This document shows, piece by piece, positions 1 through 8,866 of a DNA stretch of 32,000 bases. Position 1 is the first letter of the stretch; each line of letters begins with the position of its first letter. The DNA is taken from positions 150,001-182,000 of the forward strand of contig NC_010482.1 in assembly GCF_000019605.1 (NCBI RefSeq), read 5' to 3'. The notes below the pieces were generated by a model that saw only the letters and a list, made by a program, of their open reading frames with translations, was not told where the DNA came from and searched no databases. The position numbers and the translations under genes are program-made. This DNA comes from Candidatus Korarchaeum cryptofilum OPF8. Lineage in GTDB: Archaea; Korarchaeota; Korarchaeia; Korarchaeales; Korarchaeaceae.

Positions 1-827
1 GATCTATCTCTGAGGAGCCTCCGGCCATAATATCCAAGATAGAGACCAAGGAAGCTGTTGAGAGGATAAGGGAAATACTCGATGTATCCTATGGAATTAT
101 GGTGGCTAGAGGGGATCTCGGCGTCGAGTTACCGCTTCAGGAGGTCCCGAAGATACAGAAAAAATTGATAAGGCTCGCTAATCAGAACGCTAAGCCAGTA
201 ATAACGGCGACTGAGATGCTAGAATCCATGACCCAAAGCCCAATACCGACCAGAGCTGAGGTCACCGACGTCTACAACGCGATACTTGATGGGAGCGATG
301 CCATAATGCTGTCAGCTGAGACAGCTATAGGGAAGTACCCCGTGCTCAGCGTTAGATGGATGAGGATAATAGCTGAAATGGCTGAGAGCTCTCTGGAGAG
401 CAGGCTAGATTTCCCGGTAGATAATATACCTTCTTTCATCGGCAAGGCCGCTGTAGAGGCTTCAGAGATCCTCAAATGCCCTGTGATATTCTGCTTCACT
501 TACTCAGGCTATACGGCGAGGCACGTCGCTAGACACAGGCCTAAAGCTAGGATAATAGCGCTTAGCAGCAACAAGAGAACGAGCCAGCTCCTCACACTCA
601 CATGGGGTGTTGAGACGATAGATGTGACCGGAGATTTAGATGAGGCCCTGAGCTACGCCCTGAGCTACTGCATGGATAGGGGCATACTATCGGAGGAGGA
701 TCGCATCGTAGTGACTTACGGCCATCCCCACGGTGAGGCGAAGACGAACACCCTCAGGATATTGAGTGTGAGGGAACTTCAGAGAGCGGGTACACCGAAG
801 CCCTCAGAGATCACGGGACCATCGTGA
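1..827 (+). CDS. pyk: pyruvate kinase, C-terminal part (5' end outside window)
   Basis: The frame is open from the window edge (frame 3). The translation ...PAIISKIETKEAVERIREILDVSYGIMVARGDLGVELP... contains the pyruvate kinase MVARGDLG active-site stretch, followed by a C-terminal alpha/beta domain. TGA stop at 825-827. Confidence 0.9.
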   Translation, partial: SISEEPPAIISKIETKEAVERIREILDVSYGIMVARGDLGVELPLQEVPKIQKKLIRLANQNAKPVITATEMLESMTQSPIPTRAEVTDVYNAILDGSDAIMLSAETAIGKYPVLSVRWMRIIAEMAESSLESRLDFPVDNIPSFIGKAAVEASEILKCPVIFCFTYSGYTARHVARHRPKARIIALSSNKRTSQLLTLTWGVETIDVTGDLDEALSYALSYCMDRGILSEEDRIVVTYGHPHGEAKTNTLRILSVRELQRAGTPKPSEITGPS

Positions 828-2008
828 AACGCGAGCTCCCCTCTGATGAATACCTTGCTCACCTTCCACTTCAACTCCTTCCCCTCTATAGGGCTGGCCC
901 TCGCCTTCGTGTGGAGCTCCTCCTTCTTTAGGGTCCACCTCTCCCTCTTCAGTATGACGAGGTCCGCTAAATTACCGGGCACCAATGAGCCCCTTCTCAG
1001 GCCCAGATGCAGAGCTGGGTTCGCGCTGTACATAGATAGTATCCTATAGGGGAGCTTCCCCTCCTCAACGCACTGCACTAAGAATGGAGTGAGGGCATCC
1101 AACCATGGAATGCCTGATGGCATCTCCTCATACCCCTTGGACTTCTCCTCAGGGCTGTGAGGGGCATGATCAGTCACTAAGAAATCTGCGAATCCGGCTC
1201 TAACCATTCCTAGGAGCTTCTCCCCCGTATCCCTTATGGGAGGGTTCACTTTGAAGAGGCTCCCCAGCGAATCAGCGTCCGATGGGCTGTAGAGGAGGTG
1301 GTGCGGCGTTACCTCAGCTTTCACCTCCATCCCCTCTGCTTTTGCTTCGCTCACTGCTGCTAAAGTATAGGGGAGGGTGGAATGGGCTATCCTGAGCTTG
1401 GTCCCATGTCTACGGGCTAGCGGGATAACCCTATCCACAGCTATTTTCTCAGCGAGTTCGGGTCTCGCCCTATTATGCTCCTTAACATCGAAAACCCTTT
1501 CAGCCTCCTTTAGGATAAGAGGATCCTCCGCGTGAACTACTACCTCCTTCCCCATCTCGGAAGCCCTCTTGAAGACGGGATTTAGGTCTTCATACATATC
1601 CTCAGGGTAGATTTTGATGCCTATAACGTAGCTCCTCTCATCCAAATAGGGGAATGCTGTGTAGAGGAGGAAGTCCACGTAACTCTCTCTCTTAGCCTCC
1701 TCTGTTTTCATATCGAGCTTCTCCCTGCTATCTATCTTCGGAACGTTGTTGGGCATATCAGCTACGACAGTAACTCCCCCGCTCAAAGCAGCTAATGATT
1801 CGGACCTCCAGTCCCCCTTATGCCTCTGATTGAGCCCTCTCATGTGCACGTGCAAGTCGATCATGCCAGGAAGTATCAAGTCAGCCTCCTCGCACCCCCT
1901 CATCCCTATTGAGATAGAGCTTATCCTATCCTCTACAACCTCAATGCATCCATCTATCAGGCCCCAAGGGAGCATGAGCTTACCGCAGAAGCATGCCAAT
2001 CGATTCAC
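779..2008 (-). CDS. pyrC: dihydroorotase
   Basis: Amidohydrolase metal motifs PGMIDLHVHMRG and VTDHAPH, and ...SANPALHLGL... typical of dihydroorotase. It is the last gene of the pyr chain. An alternative start at Met12 (1975) would lie 4 nt after the pyrK stop. Confidence 0.85.
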   Translation of the reverse strand: MNRLACFCGKLMLPWGLIDGCIEVVEDRISSISIGMRGCEEADLILPGMIDLHVHMRGLNQRHKGDWRSESLAALSGGVTVVADMPNNVPKIDSREKLDMKTEEAKRESYVDFLLYTAFPYLDERSYVIGIKIYPEDMYEDLNPVFKRASEMGKEVVVHAEDPLILKEAERVFDVKEHNRARPELAEKIAVDRVIPLARRHGTKLRIAHSTLPYTLAAVSEAKAEGMEVKAEVTPHHLLYSPSDADSLGSLFKVNPPIRDTGEKLLGMVRAGFADFLVTDHAPHSPEEKSKGYEEMPSGIPWLDALTPFLVQCVEEGKLPYRILSMYSANPALHLGLRRGSLVPGNLADLVILKRERWTLKKEELHTKARASPIEGKELKWKVSKVFIRGELAFHDGPVISEGFGVPAL

Positions 2009-2798
2009 CTCCTATCTGAAGCTTCCTCCCATCGAAACCCCTCCAGTATCTCCCGAAGTCCTCCGTCATGCTGAGGGTCCTCGCATCGAAGACAGGCCCG
2101 TCCCTGCAGACTAGGAGGCCTAGAGGATCCAGAGAGCAGGATCCGCAGATCCCGATAGAGCACCTTATCAACCTCTCCATCGAGACCTCGGCGTATATGC
2201 CCCTCTTGATGGCCTCCCTCACTACCTCGACTAGCATTGCCTCGGGGCCGGCCGAGTATATCGCTTCAGGCCAATCGAAATCGACCAGCTCAACTACCCT
2301 CCCCTTGAGTCCATATGATCCATCCTCAGTAGTTATTATGAGCTCATCGGAAATAGAACTGAGTAAATCCTCGAGAAGAACATCTTCTCTCCTCTTGAAG
2401 CCGGCATAAAACCTTATCTTAGCATTTCCCATCTCCCCGAGCCTCTCAGATAGTGATATGAGGGGAGCTATACCGTAGCCTCCCCCTATGAGGCAGCATT
2501 TCCCACCCCTGAGGCTGAAACCCCTCCCATATGGCCCTCTGACCCATAGCTCCTCTCCGATCCTTAGGGAGTGAATAGCTGAGCTCACCTTACCCACTTT
2601 AGCCACTAAAATCCAAGTCTCACCCTTAGGCTCCCTAGCTATGCTTATGGGTATCTCGCCTACTTTAGGGACCCAGATCATCGCGTACTGGCCGGGGGAA
2701 GATCCGAGGTTCCCTTCCAGGACTATCTTCTTAACCTTCTCACTTAGCTTCTCACTCTCAATTATCCTCATTACTTTATACGCCTGATAGCTGTTCAA
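1980..2798 (-). CDS. pyrK: dihydroorotate dehydrogenase electron-transfer subunit (FAD / 2Fe-2S)
   Basis: Ferredoxin-reductase-type fold ([20 protein letters not shown]) plus a C-terminal Cys cluster [10 protein letters not shown]...LVCRDGPVF. Sits between pyrI and pyrC. An alternative start at Met10 (2771) lies 4 nt after the pyrI stop. Confidence 0.8.
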   Translation of the reverse strand: MNSYQAYKVMRIIESEKLSEKVKKIVLEGNLGSSPGQYAMIWVPKVGEIPISIAREPKGETWILVAKVGKVSSAIHSLRIGEELWVRGPYGRGFSLRGGKCCLIGGGYGIAPLISLSERLGEMGNAKIRFYAGFKRREDVLLEDLLSSISDELIITTEDGSYGLKGRVVELVDFDWPEAIYSAGPEAMLVEVVREAIKRGIYAEVSMERLIRCSIGICGSCSLDPLGLLVCRDGPVFDARTLSMTEDFGRYWRGFDGRKLQIGGESIGMLLR

Positions 2799-3249
2799 TT
2801 ATATCCTCCTCTCTCAAGTACTCCCCGCAGTACTCGCAGACCATCCTCAGAGGGCTCTCGGATATGAGTGTGAATGATGGTTCAACTGCCTCCCTAGGGG
2901 CGTTAGTGACGCAATTAGGGTTTAAGCACCTCAATATCCCTACGACTCTCCTCGGGAGCTCGACCCTCCTCTTTGAAGCTACTTCGAAGTTCCTGATTAT
3001 GTTTATGGTGGCCGATGGGGCTATCAAGGATATCTTATCAACCTCCTCCTTGCTCAGCTCCCTTCCCTCTATCTTAACTATGTCCTTCTTACCCAACTTC
3101 TTGCTGGGAACGTTCATCACGAGAGCCACGACACCATCCCTTTCCCCAGTTATCCCTAAGAGCTTGAGTACCCTCAGAGCTCTCCCAGCCGGTATATGAT
3201 CTATGACGGTTCCGTCAGATATCCTCCTCACCACAAGCTCCTCCTTCAT
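2776..3249 (-). CDS. pyrI: aspartate carbamoyltransferase regulatory chain
   Basis: [48 protein letters not shown], and zinc-domain cysteines CLNPNCVTN...CEYCG. 4-bp overlap with pyrB. Confidence 0.92.
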   Translation of the reverse strand: MKEELVVRRISDGTVIDHIPAGRALRVLKLLGITGERDGVVALVMNVPSKKLGKKDIVKIEGRELSKEEVDKISLIAPSATINIIRNFEVASKRRVELPRRVVGILRCLNPNCVTNAPREAVEPSFTLISESPLRMVCEYCGEYLREEDIIEQLSGV

Positions 3250-4136
3250 GGTATCACCTCCGATAATAGTGCCATCCTCACGGGAACTCCGTTAGCTGCT
3301 TGCTTGAAGTAATAAGCGTAAGGAGTGGAATCCACGTCCAAGGAGATCTCATCGACCCTTGGGAGGGGATGGAGTATCATGAGCCCTTCCTTAGCATCCT
3401 TGAGGATAGATGAATCCACCTTATAGCTGCCCTTGACTCTCTCGTACTCCGAGGGATCTGGGAACCTCTCCTTCTGGACCCTAGTTACGTATAGGACATC
3501 GAGCTCAGGTAGAGCATCTTTCAGATCTGAGAACTCCCATGGCATCTTAAGGGAGTCCAGAAGTTCCTGTTTAGGCCTCAGCCCCTCTGGACATATTAGA
3601 TAAACTTTTTTCGGGGAGTAAAGGTTGAGAGCTTTTAAAAAGCTAGCAGCAGCCCTTCCATACCTTAAATCTCCCAGCACACCGTAAGTTAAGTTGTCCA
3701 AATTGCCCCTCTCCTTCCATATCGTGTAGAGATCTATCATAGCCTGAGTAGGATGGTTCTTCGTCCCATCCCCCGCATTTATAACGGGGGCTTCAGCTAG
3801 CTCTGCTGCGAGTTTAGCTGCCCCCTCCAAGCTATGCCTGACAACTATACCATCAGCGTAAGAATCCAGCATCCTTATGGTATCTGAGAAGCTCTCACCT
3901 TTAGCCAGGGATGTGGACTGTGCGGCTTCAAAACCTATATAATTGCCACCCAGTCTCAGGGTAGCTGTCTCGAAACTGAACCTAGTCCTGGTGCTCGGTT
4001 CGAAGAAGGCCATCGCTATTATCTTCCCCTTGAGCTCATCCCCCTGAAACCTCGATGAAGCGACTCTGAAGATCCTCTCAAGATCGCTCCTCTTTATATC
4101 GGAAATTGAGATTATATCCTTACCCCTCAGACTCAT
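3246..4136 (-). CDS. pyrB: aspartate carbamoyltransferase catalytic chain
   Basis: Carbamoyl-phosphate motif [20 protein letters not shown] and HPLPRVDEI, with ATCase length. Confidence 0.95.
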   Translation of the reverse strand: MSLRGKDIISISDIKRSDLERIFRVASSRFQGDELKGKIIAMAFFEPSTRTRFSFETATLRLGGNYIGFEAAQSTSLAKGESFSDTIRMLDSYADGIVVRHSLEGAAKLAAELAEAPVINAGDGTKNHPTQAMIDLYTIWKERGNLDNLTYGVLGDLRYGRAAASFLKALNLYSPKKVYLICPEGLRPKQELLDSLKMPWEFSDLKDALPELDVLYVTRVQKERFPDPSEYERVKGSYKVDSSILKDAKEGLMILHPLPRVDEISLDVDSTPYAYYFKQAANGVPVRMALLSEVIP

Positions 4137-4717
4137 ACTCCCACCTCCCCTAAGTATTTGAGGGCATAAGACCTCTCCCTCTCCGGGAGGGAATCCAGAA
4201 CAAGCTTCACTATGTCAGGGAGGGTCGCGAGGCTCTTCAATTCTATACCCTCTTCCTTCAGGCTCTCAGCCGCTCCCTGCATCCTATCTACCACTACCCA
4301 AGCCTCCTTGACATCCGGTCCATAGTTCCTAACGATCCTCGCGGCGTTAAGTATGGAGCCCCCCGTCGTGGCCACATCATCTATTATGACGTAGCTCCTC
4401 ATGTTCAGGGACCCTTCCAGGAGGCTCTCAGTCCCATGCTCCTTCTTCTCCTTCCTCACATATATTAGGGGCCTTCTGGATATAATCGCAACAGCCGTGG
4501 CCAGTGGAAGCCCGCCTACAGCGACCCCGCATATACCGAAATCCCCGTTCATTCTCTTTGACATCTCCGTAGCTATTTTCATGAATTCCTCTGGGAAAGA
4601 TGGGAGAGGCCTCAGATCAACGTATATATTGCTCTTCTTCCCGGATGTGAGTGTGAACTCCCCGAACTTCAGCATGCCCCTCGAGATGAGTATGATCCCC
4701 AACTCATGAGCGTCCAT
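4133..4717 (-). CDS. pyrE: orotate phosphoribosyltransferase
   Basis: PRPP-binding motif YVIIDDVATTGGS and N-terminal FGEFTLTSGKKSNIYVD. 4-bp overlap with pyrB. Confidence 0.9.
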   Translation of the reverse strand: MDAHELGIILISRGMLKFGEFTLTSGKKSNIYVDLRPLPSFPEEFMKIATEMSKRMNGDFGICGVAVGGLPLATAVAIISRRPLIYVRKEKKEHGTESLLEGSLNMRSYVIIDDVATTGGSILNAARIVRNYGPDVKEAWVVVDRMQGAAESLKEEGIELKSLATLPDIVKLVLDSLPERERSYALKYLGEVGV

Positions 4718-5252
4718 GGATTACACCCCTCTGAGCTTCTACAACTCTCATAGCTTCAAGCCTCGGATTCTTGCTCCCCAGGATGCTCCTCCCCACTATC
4801 TCGAAGTCCGCTCCAGCAGCTATAGCTGAACCGGGTTCAGCCCCCTGAGCTCCCACTCCGGGGGAGAATATCCTCACGTCTGGGAGCCTCCTCCTAGCCT
4901 CTCTTATCATCTCCGGCCTAGTAGCTCCTACAACTATTCCATCAACTCCTAAGAGCTCAGCTTCATCTAACAACTTCTCGAAATTTCCCCTGAAGAACTT
5001 CGCCTCCGGATGGCTCATAGCTACGACCCCTATCAATTCCATCCCGACATCGTACCTCCTATGGCCGGTGAAGAGGTGTATTATCGAGGCATCGAAGCCC
5101 ACCCGCTCCAATCCCTCGAGGATGTACTGAACTACCTCGGGTATGTCAGCTAGCTTGTAATCAGCGATCCAGTAGTAATCCGGGAAATCCCTTATGATTT
5201 CTCTTACCCCATCGAATCCCAGGGAGAGAGTTATGGGAAAGCCAACTTTCAC
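4704..5252 (-). CDS. pyrF: orotidine 5'-phosphate decarboxylase (coordinates from the GTG at 5252; the conserved N-terminus continues upstream, see findings)
   Basis: IADYKLADIPEVV (the DxKxxD catalytic motif), GVVAMSHPE, IFSPGVGAQG and EIVGRSI. The in-frame upstream translation ...SSLDSRLILALDFPSRDVRGILSELQSLAVG... is the conserved first strand of the enzyme but lies 5' of any ATG/GTG/TTG. Confidence 0.85.
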   Translation of the reverse strand: MKVGFPITLSLGFDGVREIIRDFPDYYWIADYKLADIPEVVQYILEGLERVGFDASIIHLFTGHRRYDVGMELIGVVAMSHPEAKFFRGNFEKLLDEAELLGVDGIVVGATRPEMIREARRRLPDVRIFSPGVGAQGAEPGSAIAAGADFEIVGRSILGSKNPRLEAMRVVEAQRGVIHGRS

Positions 5253-5401
5253 TCCTACAGCTAGGCTCTGAAGTTCACTCAGTATTCCCCTGACATCCCT
5301 AGATGGGAAGTCCAGGGCTAGGATGAGCCTGGAATCGAGGGAAGAACATCTAGAGGAGAGCTTGCTACCTATCGGAACCCTTCCATAAGTTCCTCTATCC
5401 G

Positions 5402-6736
5402 CTATATAATCTTTGATCCCCCATGGTGAAGTCCAGCCGCGGGCCGAATTAGCTCCCTCAAAGCTGGACTCACTACGGTCATCTCCCTCTCAGGCCCTAA
5501 GCCTATCATCACAATTTTAGCATTCAATTCCCTCTCAATGAACTCTATATAAGCTTTCATTTCCTCAGGAATTTTCTCCCATCCCTCTTTAACTATAGAT
5601 CTCCAATCTAGTTCCTTCCATCCCTCCAATTCCTCGTACACGGGCTTCGCTCTCTGCAGCTCATCCACATAAGGCGGGGCTATCTTGAACTCCTTCCCAT
5701 CTATCTCATATGCCACAGCCACCTTCAGCTTCCCCAGGCCTGAGAGGACATCCAGCTTCCTGAGGGCCACGTACCCAATACCATTTATCAGAGTCGAGTA
5801 CTTGAGCATGGGGAGGTCCAGCCACCCCACTCTCCTCGGCCTCCCGGTCGTAGTCCCGTACTCGCCACCTCTCTCCCTTATCATATCGGCCTCACGTCCG
5901 AAGAGCTCCGTTGGGAATGGCCCAGCCCCTACTCTTGATGTATAAGCTTTAGAGACCCCCAGTACTGCATCTATTGAGAGGGGGCTCACCCCGACGCCCG
6001 TGCAAGCCCCTCCAGCTATCGTGCTAGATGAGGTTACGTAAGGATAGGTGCCGTGATCCACATCCAGCATGGTCCCCTGGGCCCCCTCGAATATCACTAG
6101 CTTCCCCATCGCTATAGCATCGTTGACCTCTATGTGATCCTCACCGACGAAGGGCCTGAGGAATTCCCTCCAGGTCTCAGCTCTCCTTAATATCTCACCC
6201 AAATACTCATCAATATCGCCCTTCAATACGCCTGCGTTCCTCAACTCAGCTTCCTTCACTTTCACAACTCTCCTCAACTTCTCAGGGAAATCCTCGGAGA
6301 GGAGGTCCCTAACCTTTAGCCCGGATATCCTCGCCATCTTATCCTGATATGCGGGCCCTATCCCCCTCTTCGTGGTTCCGAGGGATTCCCCAGCTGTAGC
6401 TGCATCGAGCTCCTTATGGTAGGGTAGGAGGAGCGTCGCCTTCATGGAAACGATAAGATCAACATTCCCAACCTCTTTCCTCAATTCATTTATCTCCTCC
6501 ATGAATACTTCAGGATCGAAGGCTACTCCCGCACCTATAACGCATTTTTTCCCTCTCAGGGCACCTGAGGGGACTAAGTGAAACTTGTACTTCCTCCCCC
6601 CAACTACTACGGTATGGCCAGCGTTACTCCCACCGTTATACCTCACTACTAGATCCGCCCATTCCGCCAGAAAGTCCACAACAGCGCCCTTGCTCTCATC
6701 CCCGAACTGCATCCCAACGACGACTATCGCGGGCAT
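5402..6736 (-). CDS. purA: adenylosuccinate synthetase
   Basis: N-terminal P-loop VVVGMQFGDESKGAVVD, NGGSNAGHTV, TTKRGIGPAY, GTTTGRPRR and GLGPERE. Confidence 0.95.
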   Translation of the reverse strand: MPAIVVVGMQFGDESKGAVVDFLAEWADLVVRYNGGSNAGHTVVVGGRKYKFHLVPSGALRGKKCVIGAGVAFDPEVFMEEINELRKEVGNVDLIVSMKATLLLPYHKELDAATAGESLGTTKRGIGPAYQDKMARISGLKVRDLLSEDFPEKLRRVVKVKEAELRNAGVLKGDIDEYLGEILRRAETWREFLRPFVGEDHIEVNDAIAMGKLVIFEGAQGTMLDVDHGTYPYVTSSSTIAGGACTGVGVSPLSIDAVLGVSKAYTSRVGAGPFPTELFGREADMIRERGGEYGTTTGRPRRVGWLDLPMLKYSTLINGIGYVALRKLDVLSGLGKLKVAVAYEIDGKEFKIAPPYVDELQRAKPVYEELEGWKELDWRSIVKEGWEKIPEEMKAYIEFIERELNAKIVMIGLGPEREMTVVSPALRELIRPAAGLHHGGSKII

Positions 6737-6760
6737 CGCGATTACCCGAGCTACGAGTTA

Positions 6761-6774
6761 GATAAAGATATAAG
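6761..6774 (-). promoter_or_regulatory. TATA-like box upstream of purA
   Basis: The minus strand reads CTTATATCTTTATC, centred about 32 nt upstream of the purA ATG (6736). This fits an archaeal promoter with a very short leader. Confidence 0.35.
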
Positions 6775-6927
6775 TGTGACTGAGCACCTAGGGACGATGG
6801 ACCCATGAAAATCCTCACAGCACGCAAATTCTGAGACCCAAAAGATTGCTCAAGGGAAAAGAAGGGCCCTAATTTCCGGCAGCTTCCGATTATGAGTAAA
6901 TTCAATAGAAAGGGTGATGGATGAAAA

Positions 6928-8808
6928 TTAGGATTTTTGGGACGCCTCCGAGACGAGCTCCGAGATCTCTAGCACTCTCATATCCTCGATCCCCAAGCCC
7001 TTAATAGCATCGTTCAGCATCGCGTAGCAGAAAGGACACGCTACAACTATATTCTTAGCTGCCTCCCTAGCCTCTTTAACTCTCTCCTTAGCCATCAGGC
7101 TCTCACCGGTCTGATACCAGTAGTTAGCTCCTCCAGCCCCGCAACAGAATGTATCCTTACCCCTCCTCCTCATCTCCCTGAACGCACCCGTCATCCTGAG
7201 GATGGATCTAGGTTCCTCGATGATCCCATTGAACCTAGCTAAGTTGCAAGGATCGTGGAAAGTGAGCTCATCGAACTTTTCAACCTTAAGCTTGCCCTTA
7301 TTAATTAGATCGGAGAGAAGCTCCACATGCGAAATCACTTCAACATTCCAGTCCTTTATTATCCTAGGATATTCCTTTCTGAAGACCGTGAGACCATGAG
7401 GACATAGTACGAGCAGTTTCTTAACACCCAGCTCCTTGAATATCTCCGAATTCGATAAGGCGAATTCTTGGAACATTCCTTCCTCACCTAGCCTCCTCAC
7501 CGGCTCACCGCAGCACGTCTCCAGCTCCCCTAGATTCGCTATCCTTAAGCCAGCGCCCCTCAGGAGATCCACGAGCCTGCTCACCACCTTCTTCCCCACG
7601 GGATCGAAGGAGTATTGACAGCCCACCCAGATGTAGTAATCCGGATCCTCATCGCTGCTCAGCCAACTCAATCTCCCTCTCTGCGGGACGGATAGGGAGT
7701 TCTTATACCTCCTGAGGCTGTTAATTAACTCCCCCATCTTCTTATCTATCTTCCCATCCAAAACGAGCTTGCGCCTCCTCTCCATCAGGAAACTGAAGGG
7801 GCTCACGTAGTTGGGGCATGAGGATGCGCATGCACCACAGGCAACGCAGGACCAGACAGTATCATCTCCGAGCTCATATTCAGCTCCCAGTATGGATGCC
7901 CTCAATCCTATGACGACCTCCTTCGGGGAGAGAGGTCTCCCTATGATATTGGATGGGCATGAGTCGGTGCATCTCCCGCATTTCACGCATGCGGAGAGCC
8001 TATACTTCTCATACCAAGGCAGTTCCTTCGGATCCTCAAATCCTATCTTTACACTCTCCAGATCCTCGATCTCCTGGAGGAGGAAGGGTTCCTTGGGGAA
8101 CTCAGGCTCATCCCCCTCTAGGGAGCTCGTTACTATAGCTGTGAGCGAGTGGAGGAGGTTGCTGTAGGGTAAATAAGCTATCATGAGGAAAGCTAGGATA
8201 GCGTGACTCCACCATAAGGCTTGATAGATCCCCGTGAGCGATCCTGTATAACTAGATAATAGATTCCCGATGAAGGAATAGGGAGACGCTTCATTGGGCA
8301 TGTTATGGATTCTTATAGACTCTATTAAGAATCCAGTGAGCCCTATGTAGAGCAGACCTAATAGAAGGAGCTTCCCTTCCCTCTCCCTCGTCGGGAATAG
8401 TAAAATTATTCCAAGAATGAGGATCAATCCGAATAAATCCATGATGAACTCGAAGGTGAAGTACGTCGCGTCCTTGAGTATGAATATACCGAAGTGCCTC
8501 AGTATATCGGTCTCTAGGAATACTGTCACAGTCCCCAAGAATAGTACGAGGGTTCCAAGGAAGAGGAAGAGGTGAGGAAAGCCCTTAGTCCTTTCGATAA
8601 CTCTCCTCTGGCTTATTACTCTTTTAACTCCCCTCGATAGAGAGCCGAGATTCAGGGATCTCAGGGCCTTCGTGAGCTCGAATCTTGAGGCTATTCTGTA
8701 AATTCCATATAGGAACACTATAGTTATAGGAATTAAAATGGCATACATTAATGGAGGGGTATATGGTGGAAGCAGGGGGAAACTCTCCCTTACGACCAAC
8801 TCCGACAC
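6928..8808 (-). CDS. membrane-bound Fe-S oxidoreductase: NarI/DsrM/HdrE-like transmembrane domain fused to an HdrD/DsrK/GlpC-like 2x[4Fe-4S] + 2xCCG domain
   Basis: The N-terminal ~230 aa carry about 5-6 hydrophobic helices and end in ...WWSHAILAFLMIAYLPYSNLLHSL, matching the P(F/Y)(S/T)xLxH signature of NarI-type cytochrome b subunits. Two ferredoxin motifs follow (CVKCGRCTDSCP, CVACGACASSCP), then two CCG motifs (ETCCGEP, TFCCGAGG). Confidence 0.8.
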   Translation of the reverse strand: MSELVVRESFPLLPPYTPPLMYAILIPITIVFLYGIYRIASRFELTKALRSLNLGSLSRGVKRVISQRRVIERTKGFPHLFLFLGTLVLFLGTVTVFLETDILRHFGIFILKDATYFTFEFIMDLFGLILILGIILLFPTREREGKLLLLGLLYIGLTGFLIESIRIHNMPNEASPYSFIGNLLSSYTGSLTGIYQALWWSHAILAFLMIAYLPYSNLLHSLTAIVTSSLEGDEPEFPKEPFLLQEIEDLESVKIGFEDPKELPWYEKYRLSACVKCGRCTDSCPSNIIGRPLSPKEVVIGLRASILGAEYELGDDTVWSCVACGACASSCPNYVSPFSFLMERRRKLVLDGKIDKKMGELINSLRRYKNSLSVPQRGRLSWLSSDEDPDYYIWVGCQYSFDPVGKKVVSRLVDLLRGAGLRIANLGELETCCGEPVRRLGEEGMFQEFALSNSEIFKELGVKKLLVLCPHGLTVFRKEYPRIIKDWNVEVISHVELLSDLINKGKLKVEKFDELTFHDPCNLARFNGIIEEPRSILRMTGAFREMRRRGKDTFCCGAGGANYWYQTGESLMAKERVKEAREAAKNIVVACPFCYAMLNDAIKGLGIEDMRVLEISELVSEASQKS

Positions 8809-8866
8809 CTACGCTCCTATCCAATAAAATTTTTAATATTTATGGTTGTGAAATTTCGGTGATATT

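Noticed and set aside
272-4709. Antisense ORFs of 60-113 aa opposite pyk and the pyr genes: 272-499, 846-1049, 1830-2114, 2068-2409, 2864-3199, 4401-4709.
   Set aside because: Each lies entirely inside a gene with strong family motifs on the other strand. Their translations are Ser/Leu/Pro-rich and low in complexity, as expected for shadow frames.
5685-8824. ORFs 5685-5945, 6696-6905, 7202-7399, 7436-7618, 7811-8167, 7953-8138 and 8624-8824.
   Set aside because: They are shadow frames of purA and the Fe-S oxidoreductase. 6696-6905 spans the purA start and its promoter and has an implausible composition. None shows a motif or an RBS.
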